50,045 bases of DNA, from contig NW_014569545.1 of NCBI RefSeq assembly GCF_000743755.1, positions 62,001 to 112,045 on the forward strand, written 5' to 3'. The stretch is from Blastocystis sp. subtype 4. Lineage: Eukaryota. Under the pieces are notes generated by a model. That model searched no databases and had not been told where the DNA came from. It worked only from the letters and a program-made list of their open reading frames with translations. The stretch's first letter is position 1. Each line of letters starts with the position of its first letter. The position numbers were made by a program, and so were the translations under genes. Below, one piece after another: positions 26,971-40,275 of this stretch.

Positions 26971-29853
26971 ATGTCGAGTTTACAGCTAGGAGAGAAACAA
27001 ATAACGCTGGAAGACTTGGAAACCATTCTCTTTGCCAAAACCCCTGTTTCTGTTGATCCAGTGACAGAAGTTAAGGTATTGTCTGATTCGTTGGTAACTT
27101 AGTCTCTAGATTCAGAAAATGGGAAAAGGAAAACGAACGAAGGTTGAATGTGTGAAGTAGTGCATTGTGACGTTTCTTGATTATAGGATTGAACCCGTGG
27201 ATATCAAACCGATTCGGGGAGTATCTAAGATATGTGCATTGTTCACTCTTCTTTCTATCCTCAAAGTAACAATAGGATTAGAATCTTATTTCTAGGGTGA
27301 GGGAATCAGTTCAACTCTCCTTAAAGCACTAATTAATGAGATTAATAGTCAAGAGGAGAGATACTTAAGTATGTTCAACTTGGCTGATTCTATTCAGTCT
27401 CTTGAAATACCCCCACTTGGAGATCATGAAAAGATGCTTCTTTCTATGGTAGTTTTCTTTGCTGTCTTATAGTCTTAGTTGGCTCCTCGTACGACTGCAA
27501 TGTGCTATATGGCTTTTATTGAAGGAGAGAAAGTCAACACCCTTCTTCTCAGTACTGTTGCCTTCCTCATTGCTATTCTCAATGGCAAGATCGATTCACT
27601 TGCTGAAAATGTATACGAAGTAGTCTCTGAAGCATTTCATTAGTTATAGTTGGATCACCCTCATCGTTGTGCTGCGTACATCGCTCAGATGTTGCGTCTG
27701 ATGTTATTTGGTGCTTCCAATTTGAAGGAAGACCGGGACACATTGATTCAACCTCTTCCCGAACTTTTGGGACCTCTCTATGACTATCTGAAGCAGATGA
27801 AACTGGCTCTCCAGGCTGAGTTGAACGCTCCTCCGATGGCAACTGGGTCGGTGATCCTGCTCTCTTATCTTGAAAACATTGCCAATCAGTACCAGCACAT
27901 TCTGCCCCGTAACTCTGTTGTGGATGTATGATTGTAGATCTGCTGGCCATGATTCGTGCTACCGGCGCTGCCCAGCTCATCCAGCATGTGGATGAGATAA
28001 AGAAGGATCTTGATGCAACAGAAAAGGCATTGGAGTTGACAGAGCCTTCTCTCGGAGTTCCTCTGAAGGTGTTGGAACAGCAGCGTGCCTTACAGAAGGT
28101 GATGGCTGCTTCACTCCAATTTTGTGTAATCAAACTCCAGGAGATGGTTGCTCAGGCGGCTGCAGCAGTGGAGGAGAAGACTGTGAATCCAGAAATCGAG
28201 GCCCGTTTGGCTGCAGAACGAGCAAAAGAAGAAGCTGAGATGGATCCCGCTACATTGGCTCGTATTCGAGAGAAACGTGCTGCCAAGGAAGCAAAGAAGA
28301 ACAAGAAGGCTGGAAAGAAGGAGAAGAAGCTGAATGTCGGTAATGGTGTGCAGGCCATTCAGCAAGAGATTGTGCATTTATGTCCTTCTCTGTGGATATG
28401 AGTGGATTGTCTCATAGGTAGATCACAGGAGGAGCTAGAAACTGCCACGGATCTGTTGGATGGTAAATTGCCTAATGTGGTGTTCCAGCAGTATGAATCG
28501 TTGAAGTCTGGAGGTATTCATCGTAAGCCAAAGATCCCTAAAGGTACCCGTGACTTCCTCCCTGAGCAGATGGAGATCCGATCGCGTGTGATGAACACAA
28601 TTCGTAGTGTATTCCGTCGTCATGGAGCAGTAGAGATTGATACACCTGTATTCGAGGAGAAAGAGACATTGATGGGAAAGTATGGTGAAGATACCAAACT
28701 CATCTACGATCTGGCAGATCAGGGTGGAGAAATCTTGTCGTTACGTTATGATCTGACTGTTCCTTTCGCTCGTTTCCTGGCTGTGCATCAGGTTGGTAAC
28801 ATTAAGCGATTCCACATTGCGAAGGTGTATCGACGTGATAATCCTGTGGTTACAAAGGGTCGGTACCGTGAATTCTGTCAGTGCGATTTTGATGTGGCTG
28901 GCAGTTATGGTAGAATGATCAGCGATGCTGATGTGCTTGCAGTGGGTGTGGAAATCTATCGTTCTCTTGAGATCGGTGAATTCTGTATCAAAGTGAATCA
29001 TCGTGAATTGCTGGACAGTATGATGGAGATCTGTGGTGTCCCTACGAACAAAGTCCGGGCCATTGGTTCAGCTATCGATAAACTCGACAAAGAGACATGG
29101 GAGACTGTGCGTCATGAGATGGTTGAGAAGAAGGGATTGGCACCAGAAGCTGCAGATCGCATTCATGAGTTTGTGATGATTAAGGGTGATCCATGGTCTG
29201 TATACAAGCAGCTAGCCGCGATGGAAGTAATTCAGCAGAATGAGCGAGCGAAGAAGGCTCTGGAGGATATGCGTCTTCTATTTGAGTATGTAGAGGCTAT
29301 GGAGTGTCTTAACTATCTCTCGTTTGATCTGTCTCTGGCTCGAGGACTGGATTATTACACTGGTCTCATCTATGAGGTCGTGTTGGTCAACAATCCGTAT
29401 GGTGTAGGCAGTATTGGAGCAGGTGGTCGATATGATCACTTGGTTGGTATGTTCAATGCAGGAGGTAAGGATATCCCATGTGTGGGTATTAGTATCGGTG
29501 TGGAACGTGTCTTCACGATTCTGGAGAAGAAGGCTCAGGATGCAGGCGAGTTGCGATGCAAGCCGTGCTCTGTACTGGTAACATCGATTGGAAAGGATAT
29601 GACAGCTATGCGTATGAAGGTTGCAGCAACACTGTGGCATGCTGGAATCTCGGCGGAATTCGGATACCAAGAGAATCCGAAACTCCAGAAGCAGCTTGCA
29701 TATGCGTTAGAGACGGGAATTAATTGGGTTGTGGTGATGGGAGAGGAAGAAATGAAGGAGGGTAAGGTGAATCTCAAGAATCTGAAGACCCGTGAGGAAG
29801 TGACAATTCCCATCGACTCCATTATTGATGAACTCCATAAGCAAGGATTATAG
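26971..29853 (+). CDS. HARS: Histidyl-tRNA synthetase with long N-terminal extension
   Basis: PKGTRDF, LSLRYDLTVPFARF, GRYREFCQCDFD, LARGLDYYTG, GAGGRYD. Confidence 0.95.
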
Positions 29854-29970
29854 AGTATTTATGGTTGTGTTTCTTGTCATAAATCATTCTGGTGGAGGTC
29901 TTGCCATTTGGGTTATATTTAACAAGCTCACCGCATAATATTTATTGTTATTTGAAGATCATTAGGCGAA

Positions 29971-30970
29971 ATGGAAGTGGATGTTGATAGAATCATAGCA
30001 CTGCTTCTGGATGCGAAAAAGGAAAAGCCAGGGACCCAGGTTAATCTTCCGGAGGAATGGATCCGTGCTCTATGTTTAAAGGCACAGGAGATCTTCCGAA
30101 GTCAGCCAATGCTCTTACGGTTGAATGCACCGATTCAAATTTGTGGTATTTGATAATATATGACCTGTTGTGTAGGTGATATTCATGGTCAATATTATGA
30201 TCTTCTCCGCCTATTTGAGTATGGTGGTTATCCTCCAAAAACGAATTATTTGTTTTTGGGGTAGATTGTAATCTGTGGCTTCAAGTTTAGGGACTATGTG
30301 GATAGAGGAAAGCAGAGTATTGAATGTATTTGTCTTCTTTTTGCGTACAAAGTGAAGTATCCTCAGAACTTTTTCCTTCTTCGAGGCAATCATGAAACTG
30401 ATAATATTAACAAGATTTATGGTTTCTATGATGAGTGTAAACGTCGATATAGTATCCGCCTATGGAAGGCATTTTCGGAGTGTTTTAAATATCTGCCTGT
30501 ATCGGCTTTGGTTGATGATCGAATCATCTGCATGCATGGTGGCTTATCTCCTCAACTAACATCATTATCGAAGTTAGAAGAAATTCAGAGACCTTGTGTC
30601 GTCCCAGATAACGGTCTTCTATGCGATATTTTATGGTCAGATCCTGAATATGAACTGTCTTCAGGCTGGGGGTTGAATGATCGAGGTGTGAGTTACATTT
30701 TTGCTGAGGATGTGGTTCATGCCTTCTTGGAGGATCAGGATCTTGATTTGGTGTGTCGTGCTCATCAAGTGGTTGAAGATGGCTATGAGTTCTTTGCTGA
30801 TCGTCATCTGGTTACAATCTTCTCTGCACCCAATTATTGTGGCGAATTTGATAATGCTGGTGCCATGATGAGTGTAGATGAGACTCTGATGTGTTCCTTT
30901 CAAGTACATGATATGAAAGCATGACAATATAGATTCTGAAGCCTGTTGCATCAAATCAGAAGTTCCATAG
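29971..30970 (+). CDS. Serine/threonine protein phosphatase PP1 catalytic subunit
   Basis: [51 protein letters not shown]. Confidence 0.95.
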
Positions 30971-31085
30971 CAATGGAGACCAGATTTCGGATCCTCTAAC
31001 TGCTACCGCAGCAGTACACAAACACTATGATAAGGAAAAGTATTTGCAGTAGTTGCTTGTATTTGCATTTGTTCACAAACACGGC

Positions 31086-34028
31086 AATGACGCAACTGAT
31101 AAAACAAAACATATGCATCTCGATTGTCCTCAACTTGTCTCTTCTGTAGAGGAATTCGTCTTGTATCATCATAGCATACCCAGTCAAATTCCATTGAGTC
31201 TTCAGGTTGCAGACTGGAGTTTACCAGAGCAACGTAATGACCCCCTGAAGTGGTACCCATATGATTCACCACAGCAATCAAATCATAACTATCAATTATT
31301 CTTTCCCCTCATCCTCACATAACATGACCTTCTGGTAAACCAAAGTATTCTGAACAGTCGAGTCCCTAGAAATCAGACACCGAATACATTCTCACATTAA
31401 TGGGATACTCAACATCCTCATAGAGCTTTACAGCACTGTAGGTATCAAAAGCAAAGCGCATGAGATGTAGAATTAGAATCTGTGGAGGATGTTCCATCTG
31501 AATGTCTCGGAGGACTTCAACTACACGACCACATTTCTCACAGGTATATTCTGCACTAAAATCCATCACTTCACGATGGAAATAGGATCGTAGACACTCG
31601 TCCAACGTTAGGATACCATCTGATAGATCCGAAGTTATCTGGAGTTTGGGATCAATAAATACCGTAGGAGTGTGATTGTCATTTCGCTTACTTAAAGAGG
31701 ATAGAGACTCAAGCAAGGAGAGAGGAAGACTTGAGGAAGAAGGAAACTCCATCTGAGGGAGTAGTGATTGAAACACAATGACATCAGAACTGATTGTTAG
31801 AACGAGGAAAATCAAGGAATCTTCAAGAACCTCTACTATGAGAGAAGAGACACAAGAGTACCATCTAATAGGATTGAAGAGTCCTGTAATGTCAGATCCA
31901 TGAAATGAGCTTTCTTGTCTTCTGTAGTGAGTCGAATGCCAACAATGCCATTATCTGAAGATCAGTTTCCTTATCAACAAAGAGTACAGAGCGAGCGAAG
32001 TTGTTGAATGAATTTACCGATAGTGAGAGACAAGGTGTCCACAATCATCATTCTTGGTAACCGCTTTAGCCTACCTTCTTGTTGAAGTTGTACAATAAAC
32101 CAACGTGGTGTAGAGAAGCTCATTTCTATGCTGAGATAGATACAATTATTCTACCTTTATCACTAGCAATGTCATTAGTGACGATCACATCCTTCTGATT
32201 CTGGATCCACTCCATCGAGAGTCGGTTGGATCCAGTAGGAGGGATGACACGACAAATAAGATTCTTACCCTCAAATAGCATTCCATTCACCCAATCTTGT
32301 GTTAATGATGAGTCCTTCGTCGAAGTCTGAATGCTGTAGAACGAAGACGGAAGATGCAAGATATCCACAAGACTGAGGAGTTCCTGAAGTTCTCGAATCA
32401 CAATATTCTTTCTCACTTGAAGAGAGAATTGTTGTGGAGGTGGTGAAAGAATTAGAGAGGATGAAAGGAGAAGGGGAGGATAGAGAATCACAGAAATAAT
32501 CATCAGATTATGAATAGGAAGAGGGAGTGATAGGGAAGTGACTGCTTGATAACTTGCGCAGGTATTACCACAGCTACTGCAAGTTGACGTACTACGCAGA
32601 AGGAATGAAAAAACGGATGAAAGAGGTGAAAGCTCCCTATTACATAAGGCTGTCCATAAATGCGATGTTTCGTCCAATAGGCCTTGAATGGATGTGAGAG
32701 TAGGAGGTTTAATGACATTCATTTCATCGATCATAGCTACGATCAACCACTCTTCATATTGATACTGGATACTAATTGAACGATTGTTTCATGAGCGTCT
32801 TCCTGGCCCCAGAATGACATCTCTGGATTGTGATGTAAGAGAGCTGAACGCACATTTCCCTAGACCTGATACTCTCCTGGATCACTCACAACATGAACAG
32901 ACGACCTTCGGAAACGTAACTCTCGAAAGACTCGACTCACAGACGTCGTGATACATCCAGGACCTTCTTTCTATCAGTCATTCTCTATCTTCAAACTTGC
33001 CTCTGGTGCTAAGTAGCGTTTGTAGTTGTCACTGATCAATAATCGACGTAAGGGAGTGACTGAATAGAGACATTGAAGGGAAGCAGCGAGAAAGCATGTA
33101 TTGCCAGAGTTGATGATTCCCTCTCGGATAAGTTCAGTGCGAACATAAGAAGGCAGCACATCTGGATTCTCTAATATGGCTCTCGATTCGTCTTGTACAT
33201 CTTCCAAGCTCTCTTCACATACGCGAGAATGATAAGGATAATGAATGTCTCGACATGCTGTACTGCAGTAGTAACATCTTTTACAGCGTTTGCATCGCAA
33301 GATGGAATCTTCAGAGCACACGACACAAGGAATAACATGAGAAACCGGTATCATGTGAGCATCACTCACCTGGCAAGGAAGTGCAACTGAATGTCTAGAA
33401 CAGAACTCGGATTCCATTTTGATAGTTACTGCTTCCGTAGGTGTCTCCTCTCCTTGAATCTCACTATCAGAAAGAGATGCATTTGTTGGGAGTCTTGGAC
33501 GTCCCAAATCCAGTGTGGACTCATTAACCATGCATTCTAGGTCCGATCCATAGGTATGTCGGAAATGTTTCCAGACAGACGAATTAACGAGATAATAGTC
33601 GATTCCACATATTAATCCAGGAAGAAGAATTAACAACAGCGGATGCTGTTCATCTCCTCGTGAATACTACTAATAATATATAAATTACAAATCATACTAC
33701 GAGTGATGAGTTTTGAATACTCTGCGGAGGTTCTTCATTATCCTGATCATTAGTAAGCCCAATAATGCTCTACAAAGATATACCGTATCCACTGTCGGAT
33801 CCATGTTCCAGAAATCAAATAATATTGACTTTCGCGACAATTCCATAAGCGAACGACTTTTTCCAATTCTGCATGTCCCTGACTTCTTATATCTTCAAGT
33901 ATATTGTTATTTCTTTTCTTTCCTGCTTCCACAAAGGCATCAAGATCGAAGAAGGGAGAGAGTCCTGTATCCACTCCTTCCAAATACTTATCTAGATCCA
34001 CCCTACAAGAATAAGTTACCGATGCCAT
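31086..34028 (-). CDS. Ubiquitin-specific protease (DUSP-like, MYND finger, C19 peptidase)
   Basis: YYLISGTWIRQWIRY..DYYLV (DUSP), CVVC..CKRCKRCYYCSTACRDIHYPYHSRVC (MYND), GIINSGNTCFL Cys box, NHMG..GGHYVA..WVCYDD..AYVLFYQ His box; stop inferred at 31086. Confidence 0.88.
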
Positions 34029-34104
34029 CTTCAATGGGAATGAGTGATTCAGTCAACAAACAGGGAGCAGGCGAAACAAAACACTTTAGCATAGAATGAA
34101 CTGC

Positions 34105-35821
34105 TTACCAACTCAAGAAGTCCTCTTCATCAGCAGCAGCAGCTGGTTCTTCTTCCTCCTCTCCGAAGTCTTCTTCCTCTTCTTCTTCCACAGGCTTCTT
34201 CGCCTTCTTTACAGGTTTCTTAACAGTCTTCTTACGAGGACGCTCTTCCTCCTCCTCTTCCTCCTCCTCTTCTTCCTCAGAGACGGGCTTTCTAACCTTC
34301 TTAGCAGGCTTACGACGAGGTTTCTCTTCTTCCTCTTCATCATCATCGTCATCATAACGTGAAGCCTTCTTAGCAGGCTTACGACGAGGTCTCTCTTCCT
34401 CTTCCTCCTCATCCTCATCATCATAACGTGAAGCCTTCTTAACAGGTTTACGACGAGGTCTCTCTTCCTCCTCTTCATCATCATCGTCATAACGTGAAGC
34501 CTTCTTAGCAGGCTTACGACGAGGTCTGTAATCATCTTCATCATCGTCATCATCATAACGAGATGACTTCTTAGCAGGCTTACGACGAGGTCTGTAATCA
34601 TCATCATCACTATCACTCTCGCGGAATCGCATGCGCTCAGTCTGAGAACGACCCATAGCACCGTTACGACGAGGCTTCTACATTTCAGTCTCTCCATTCT
34701 CTCCTACCGAGGTCTGTTTGATCACTTCATCATCGAATTCACTCTCCTCCGAATCCTCATCCGAAGCTTCAGGAGTGTAATCATCACGGAAGTTACTGAT
34801 CACAGTCTGTGCAGGACGAGGCACACGTTTGCCAACCTTAGCCTTGATCACCTTGAACAGATCCACAGCCGAGGCACGCTTAGCAGGATCTGCAGTGAGA
34901 CACATCTTTAGCAGATTCACCAACTCGGGACTGTAACGATGACGAGGTGGAATCGTGTACTTGGCTCCCAAAATAGCCAGCTTTCCAGCATTAGCGAACG
35001 GCTGCTTCAGGAACATCAATGTGTAGAGAATGCATCCCAGAGCCCAAATATCGGTCTTCTCCGTGATTTCACTTACACCAAAGAAATCCACCATCTCGGG
35101 AGCACGATACATCTGAGTCGTGTACTTTTCAATCTGTTCCTCTTCGCGATCACAATCATCTTTGTTATTCAGTTTCACAGTACCAAACACCACAGAACCA
35201 AAATCGATCAGTTTCCAACGACCATCCTTGCCCTGCATTACATTTTCCAACTTCAGATCACGATGAACCATAGGAGGATTCTGCTTATGCATGAAACCGA
35301 TAGCACTCACCATATCATACATCATTCCCCAAATATCCTCTTCAGGAAGATACTTCTTATCCTTCTCGAGGATCTTAAGATAGTCAAACAGACCCAGAGG
35401 ACAGTACTCCATCAAAACACGAGCTTCCCAACCACCATACGACTTTCTCTTCTGAAGGGCATACACCTTGGCAACATTCGGATGGTCCTTCACTACACGA
35501 AGCACATCAAATTCCTTGTCCAACAACTTTTCCATCTCTTCTGTCTATACAATGATTTCTCTTTCTTCATAGTCCTACCTTACAGTCCATTCGCTTAAGC
35601 ACATATTCCTTGTATGTATTCTCGTCCATAGCAAGATACACAGTGGCATAACCTCCCTGTCCAATCTTCTTCTTCAGCTGAATTACACGATGACCCATCT
35701 TCAGTCTACCAAGGATCTGGGGCTTTGCTGTCTGTTTCTCAGTGGTCGAGCTCGAAGCAGCTTTATTCGATGATGACTGCGATCCTACCTTCATAGGAAT
35801 GAAATCCTTCAGTTTCTGCAT
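34105..35821 (-). CDS. NAK (AAK1/GAK-like) Ser/Thr kinase with repetitive acidic/basic tail
   Basis: IGQGGYATVY, PPMVHRDLKLEN, LIDFGS, IEKYTTQMYRAPEMVD, KTDIWALGCILY. Confidence 0.9.
34190..34610 (-). repeat. Coding tandem repeat, ~60-nt unit (RPRRKPAKKASRYDDDDEEEE), about 5-6 copies
   Basis: Repeated plus-strand ttcttagcaggcttacgacgagg with tca/tcc microsatellite spacers. Confidence 0.9.
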
Positions 35822-35964
35822 TCTAAAAGATTATTATAACAATGATTGTTGAGATAATAATCCATGATCCTATTTCTGAAAGGTCCTATAAAATGCCTCA
35901 TGATAACCATATAATTGGGTCATTAATATACATAATATCATTTCTTAACAAATAAGGTTTGCAA

Positions 35965-36850
35965 TTACTTTCTAAGATACATGCTGGATATCATCTGAGT
36001 CACCATCTTAAAAGGAGGAGTCTTAGTAGGAGCCTCTAAACATCACTTGCTTTTGCCATCCTTACCTGTCGGTTTCCTATTTTTCGTGTAAACATAGTAG
36101 ATCACAACAGCCGCAACAATCAATATCACAAGAAGTGTAATCAGACCCATAATGATCTTATCTGTCATCAGGCGTACTAGATATGCTCGAATCAATTGTT
36201 CCGATTTCTTCAACTGATTGTCAATATCCTCCACATTTCCCTTCATTCCTCCCAGTTGGTCAGTCTGTTGGGACAGAGTTTCCGTTGTCGCCAATGCAAC
36301 TTGTTTGGTTTCCTGGAGAAGCATCATTGTGTTTTTGGCTGCATCAATCGTCTTGCCTTGAGTCTAAAAATCATGTCCAGTTCAAATCCATACCTGTAGT
36401 GCGTGTTGAATAAGCATATCTCCACCTTCCACTCCGTCGTCTTCTAAACATCACTCCTCGAATCAACTCCACACTTGGTCCTCCCAGCAAGTCCTTTCTC
36501 TCCATGGACTGAAACTGGAATTTCAAATCAGACTGCAGGACTTTAATTCGTTCAGAAAACGCAGTCTTCTTCTAAACATAACTCTTTCTGTTCATTCCTA
36601 CATTAATATAGTTAATTTGTTGTTCGCGAGGCAATTTCTTGATCTGAATCGATAAGGCATCGAGATTATCCTTTGCCTCATTCAGCTATACATGAGATAC
36701 AACATCCATACACCTCACCAGTCGTTTTGCATCTGCTAATAGCATTCGCTTCTCATCTGTAGTCGTGTCGTCGGTAATCTGTCTGTAGCTGTGTTCCGCC
36801 TTCGACAAGACGTCATCTACATCATTGACCCATCCATCGACTGCAGCCAT
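35965..36850 (-). CDS. Qb-SNARE, NPSN/VTI1-like
   Basis: ETKQVALATTETLSQQTDQL..IDNQLKKSEQLIRAYLVRLMTDKIIM plus TM helix; TDK before the TM is NPSN-like. Confidence 0.8.
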
Positions 36851-36942
36851 TGGAATTAATGGTTTCAACCAAACCTGGATACAATAATCCAAGACTTGTG
36901 GTTTTGCGACAGTAGAATCCCAGTGGCGCAATGGATGGATTC

Positions 36943-36950
36943 AACAAACA
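36943..36950 (-). terminator. TGTTTGTT cleavage/polyadenylation motif of PMM
   Basis: Exact motif 5 nt after the last base of the TAG stop. Confidence 0.7.
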
Positions 36951-36954
36951 TACT

Positions 36955-37823
36955 CTACTCTGAACCAAAGAACAGGTTTTCACACTGAGAAATCGTGTCA
37001 AAGGGTCCCGTAACAGTATGACCGATTGTACGAGGATCCGAAAAGATCTCATAGTCATTTCCGCCCTATTCATCACCACCCAACTGAATTCCTACTGGGG
37101 CCGTTTTATCCCCAAAGAAATGAATTTCGTCATATCCATCCAGGAACTGAAGGCAATATGTCTTGTCCCAACCCTGAGGAACCACATCAAAAGAGATCTG
37201 TCCCCCAATCAAATACACAAATCCGTAATCGCTAAACTCCTTCTTCAACACCTCTACCATCTTTTCACGCACATGATGAACCTTATCATATTCGCCAAAA
37301 GCATCACGCTCTTTCTGCGAGCAGTTACGTCCAACTGGACACACATTGATCATTCCAGAACGGAACTCAACAAATGTACCTCGCTTTACAGGAATATCTA
37401 AGTCACTCAAGTATCGCAGTACAAAGTTGATAAACCGGTTCAGTTGTTCATTGGAATACTTATCCGTGATAAACTAAACATGAAAAGTACACTTATATCC
37501 AACAGTTTCATGGAACTTCACTCCATTATGATATGACGATAGTCCGTTCTGTGAGAACACATATTGAATTTCGTCAACGACTATAAATCAGGATTTCACT
37601 TATTTAACTACTATTCTTCCCTAATTGTTCTTCTTGTTTAGAAAGGTCGGATCCACCAACAATACCAACGTCCACCTTCTCTTTTAGACGACGAAGGAAT
37701 ACCATCACCTCAGGAGGAGCTACCTAGAACATTAGCAGTAAAGCATATCCATACTTTTCTACTCTCGGATAGAGTGCCATCTACATCAAAAAGAGCAAGG
37801 ACTTTCTTCGGATTGCTTGCCAT
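36955..37823 (-). CDS. PMM: Phosphomannomutase
   Basis: [56 protein letters not shown]. Confidence 0.95.
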
Positions 37824-37886
37824 TAGAAAATCAATTACAAAAAAGATGGAAACGTGGAAACATAACAAACAAGATCCATTATCTAA

Positions 37887-38931
37887 CTAAGCATCTGGAT
37901 GAATCTCTTCTATACACTCCCATGTTCCCTACTTATCAGGTGATCTATTCAATTGTACATCAAACTTCTGTTTCCACATTCGAACTGTATTATCATCCCC
38001 ACTTGAAGCAAGAATAGTTCCTGTAATGTTCCATTCGATTCTCCATACCTAACGCTTACATACTACAAAGAGATGTACATCCCGTCCATGATCACGTAAA
38101 CATGCAGTCATCGTCATTCCTGTGGGACGAATTTCATAGATCCGAATACAACCATCCTACACATTATCTTGTCCTTCAATTATTACCGAACTCGCAGTAG
38201 CCACAGTTTCATAATCCTTTCCATAGTTTGAACTCCACGAAACATTCCGAATGATTCCACTGTTATCTGAAAACACCCATTTCCGTTCCCATTGGTGATT
38301 TGTTGAATTCAACTCCCAAATCTGAGCATCATCATCAGTGCCAACAATGAGACTCATGGGTTGATTTCGAGACTTGCACCATGATAGACAGTTCACCTGT
38401 TTATTAATCACGAAGGAGGAGTCATTTTGCCACGTCCAGAGCTGAAATACATTTTGTGGTTTGTAAATATAGACAGAACCGTCCTTAAAACATATGGCCT
38501 ATATATTAGGAGGATCTAAAACACTCACCAGACATAGACCGTAGAAATTTGGACTAAAGGCAATATCAAGAGGTGAAAGACTTGGAGCAGCTATCGAACA
38601 TTTCTTCGTCCAAGTTTTCTGTTTGTCATCACCAACAATCTCCTGATAGATGGCTACGGTATCATTATGAAGACAAGCCGCAAATATCTGACCAAATACA
38701 GGGTGAGCCCAATCCACCCGACTTATCAACGACGAATGTGCTTTAATCTCTGTTTGTAGTTTCCATTCTTTATTTATCAAGTTCCAAATACGAAGGTATC
38801 CGTCTGCTGATGCAGAAACAAGACGTTTTCCATAGTAATCAAAAGCAGTGTCGCTAACAAACTCACGGTGTCCTGAATGGATCAACTGACTTGTGTTCTA
38901 CAAATGAGATTAAAGTAAATCAAAAGACCAT
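37887..38931 (-). CDS. SEH1: Nucleoporin Seh1 (WD40)
   Basis: [50 protein letters not shown]. Confidence 0.85.
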
Positions 38932-38958
38932 AGGATCTGAACAAACAAGAGAAAACTA

Positions 38959-40247
38959 CTAAACGAAATTGAAATTCAACTTGTTCCCTAACTTGATAAA
39001 ATGATCAGGAAGTGGAGCAGACAACTACACATCAGCACCATCACTCGATTTCACTTCCTTCCACTTCCCATTATACTTGAATCGGATTGTACTACAATGA
39101 AGAAACAGTTCATGTTTGTTGTAACTCGAACCCATCAACTTCCTTGTTAAGAAAAGAGTATCCTTCGACCCATACTTTACATCATTCAACAATTCGATTC
39201 CAAGAGCATCCTTCATGTGGACGCGAATCTGACGATTATGTTGGTGACAAGAAACTACTTGATGCATCTTTCCTGTGTATAACTTACAGCTAATCGACAC
39301 AACATCTCTTGTACAGTCCATTATCCGATAACTATCAATGAGTCATATTTCAGTCTCATACCCTGTAATAGCAGGATACTCCTCGGATGCCATAATACGA
39401 TGAGGAAACGAGGAGTGTGGAAGAGATCGAAGTGAGATATGAACGGCTCGATACAAACTCCCTGTGTAATCTTGAGTCTAAATAAAACCAGAAATCAAAA
39501 ATGACTCTACGCATGTCAGAAAGAATCAAACCTAAAGGAGGAACATCAGTGGACTTTTTTCCAATAGCGATGTACTGCTTCTCTACATATCCGCAAGCAA
39601 ACTCTTGACCCAAAGCACGAGCAGTTTCGCGGTCCTTGGCTATTATGAGTAGACCAGAAGTATCCTTAATCTGATGGCAAGCAAAAACCCGTACACGATC
39701 AAGACGATGAACAGGGTACAGCAATGATGATGAACGAATAATCTGTTGAATACACGGTGTTCCATCCATCGTCGGCTACACATAACAAGAATGAGAAAGA
39801 AAAACTTGACAACAGATTCCTGATGGTTTGTTCACAATTATCAAATGATCGTCTTCAAAAACAACACACTGAGTATCAACAGTCGGATTTATACCCGAGT
39901 TCATCTTCTCTTCCTCTTCTACCTTCTCAAAGAAATCAGGAATGTGAATCTGGCAGACTTCAGAAAAACGTTCACCAGGTTTACAACGCATTCTACGATA
40001 AATACATTCCATTATCAGTACCTCTTGGTTTCTGATATATCTAGAAGGTAGACTTTGCGATTTCGCAGTTCTCGTTGTATCATAGAATATGGAACCTATC
40101 TCTTATTTCACTCCATTAGACAGGAACCCTAGGATACTTATCCATAATAAACTTGTCGACTCGAGTATTCACATACTCCTTTCCCACAACAAATGTCAGA
40201 GGACGAGTAAGCACTTTGGTGAATCGAGCCAAGTGTCGGGATATCAT
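38959..40247 (-). CDS. RluA-family pseudouridine synthase with S4-like domain, probably organelle-targeted
   Basis: MISRHLARFTK presequence-like start; RVDKF..PYSMIQRELR S4-like; VNKPSG, PVHRLDRDTSGLL, TGKMHQIRVH, LFLHC. Confidence 0.82.
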
Positions 40248-40275
40248 CTCAAAGATTTGTTGTGATCTCACAAGA

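Noticed and set aside
34190..34610. Repeat-spacer pattern resembling a CRISPR array
   Set aside because: In-frame coding repeat with low-complexity spacers in a eukaryotic gene; no cas genes
38986..38992. Other short telomere-like matches (CCCTAAC here, TAGGGTT near 7902)
   Set aside because: Only 7 nt, one inside coding sequence, with no flanking TR-like structure; expected by chance
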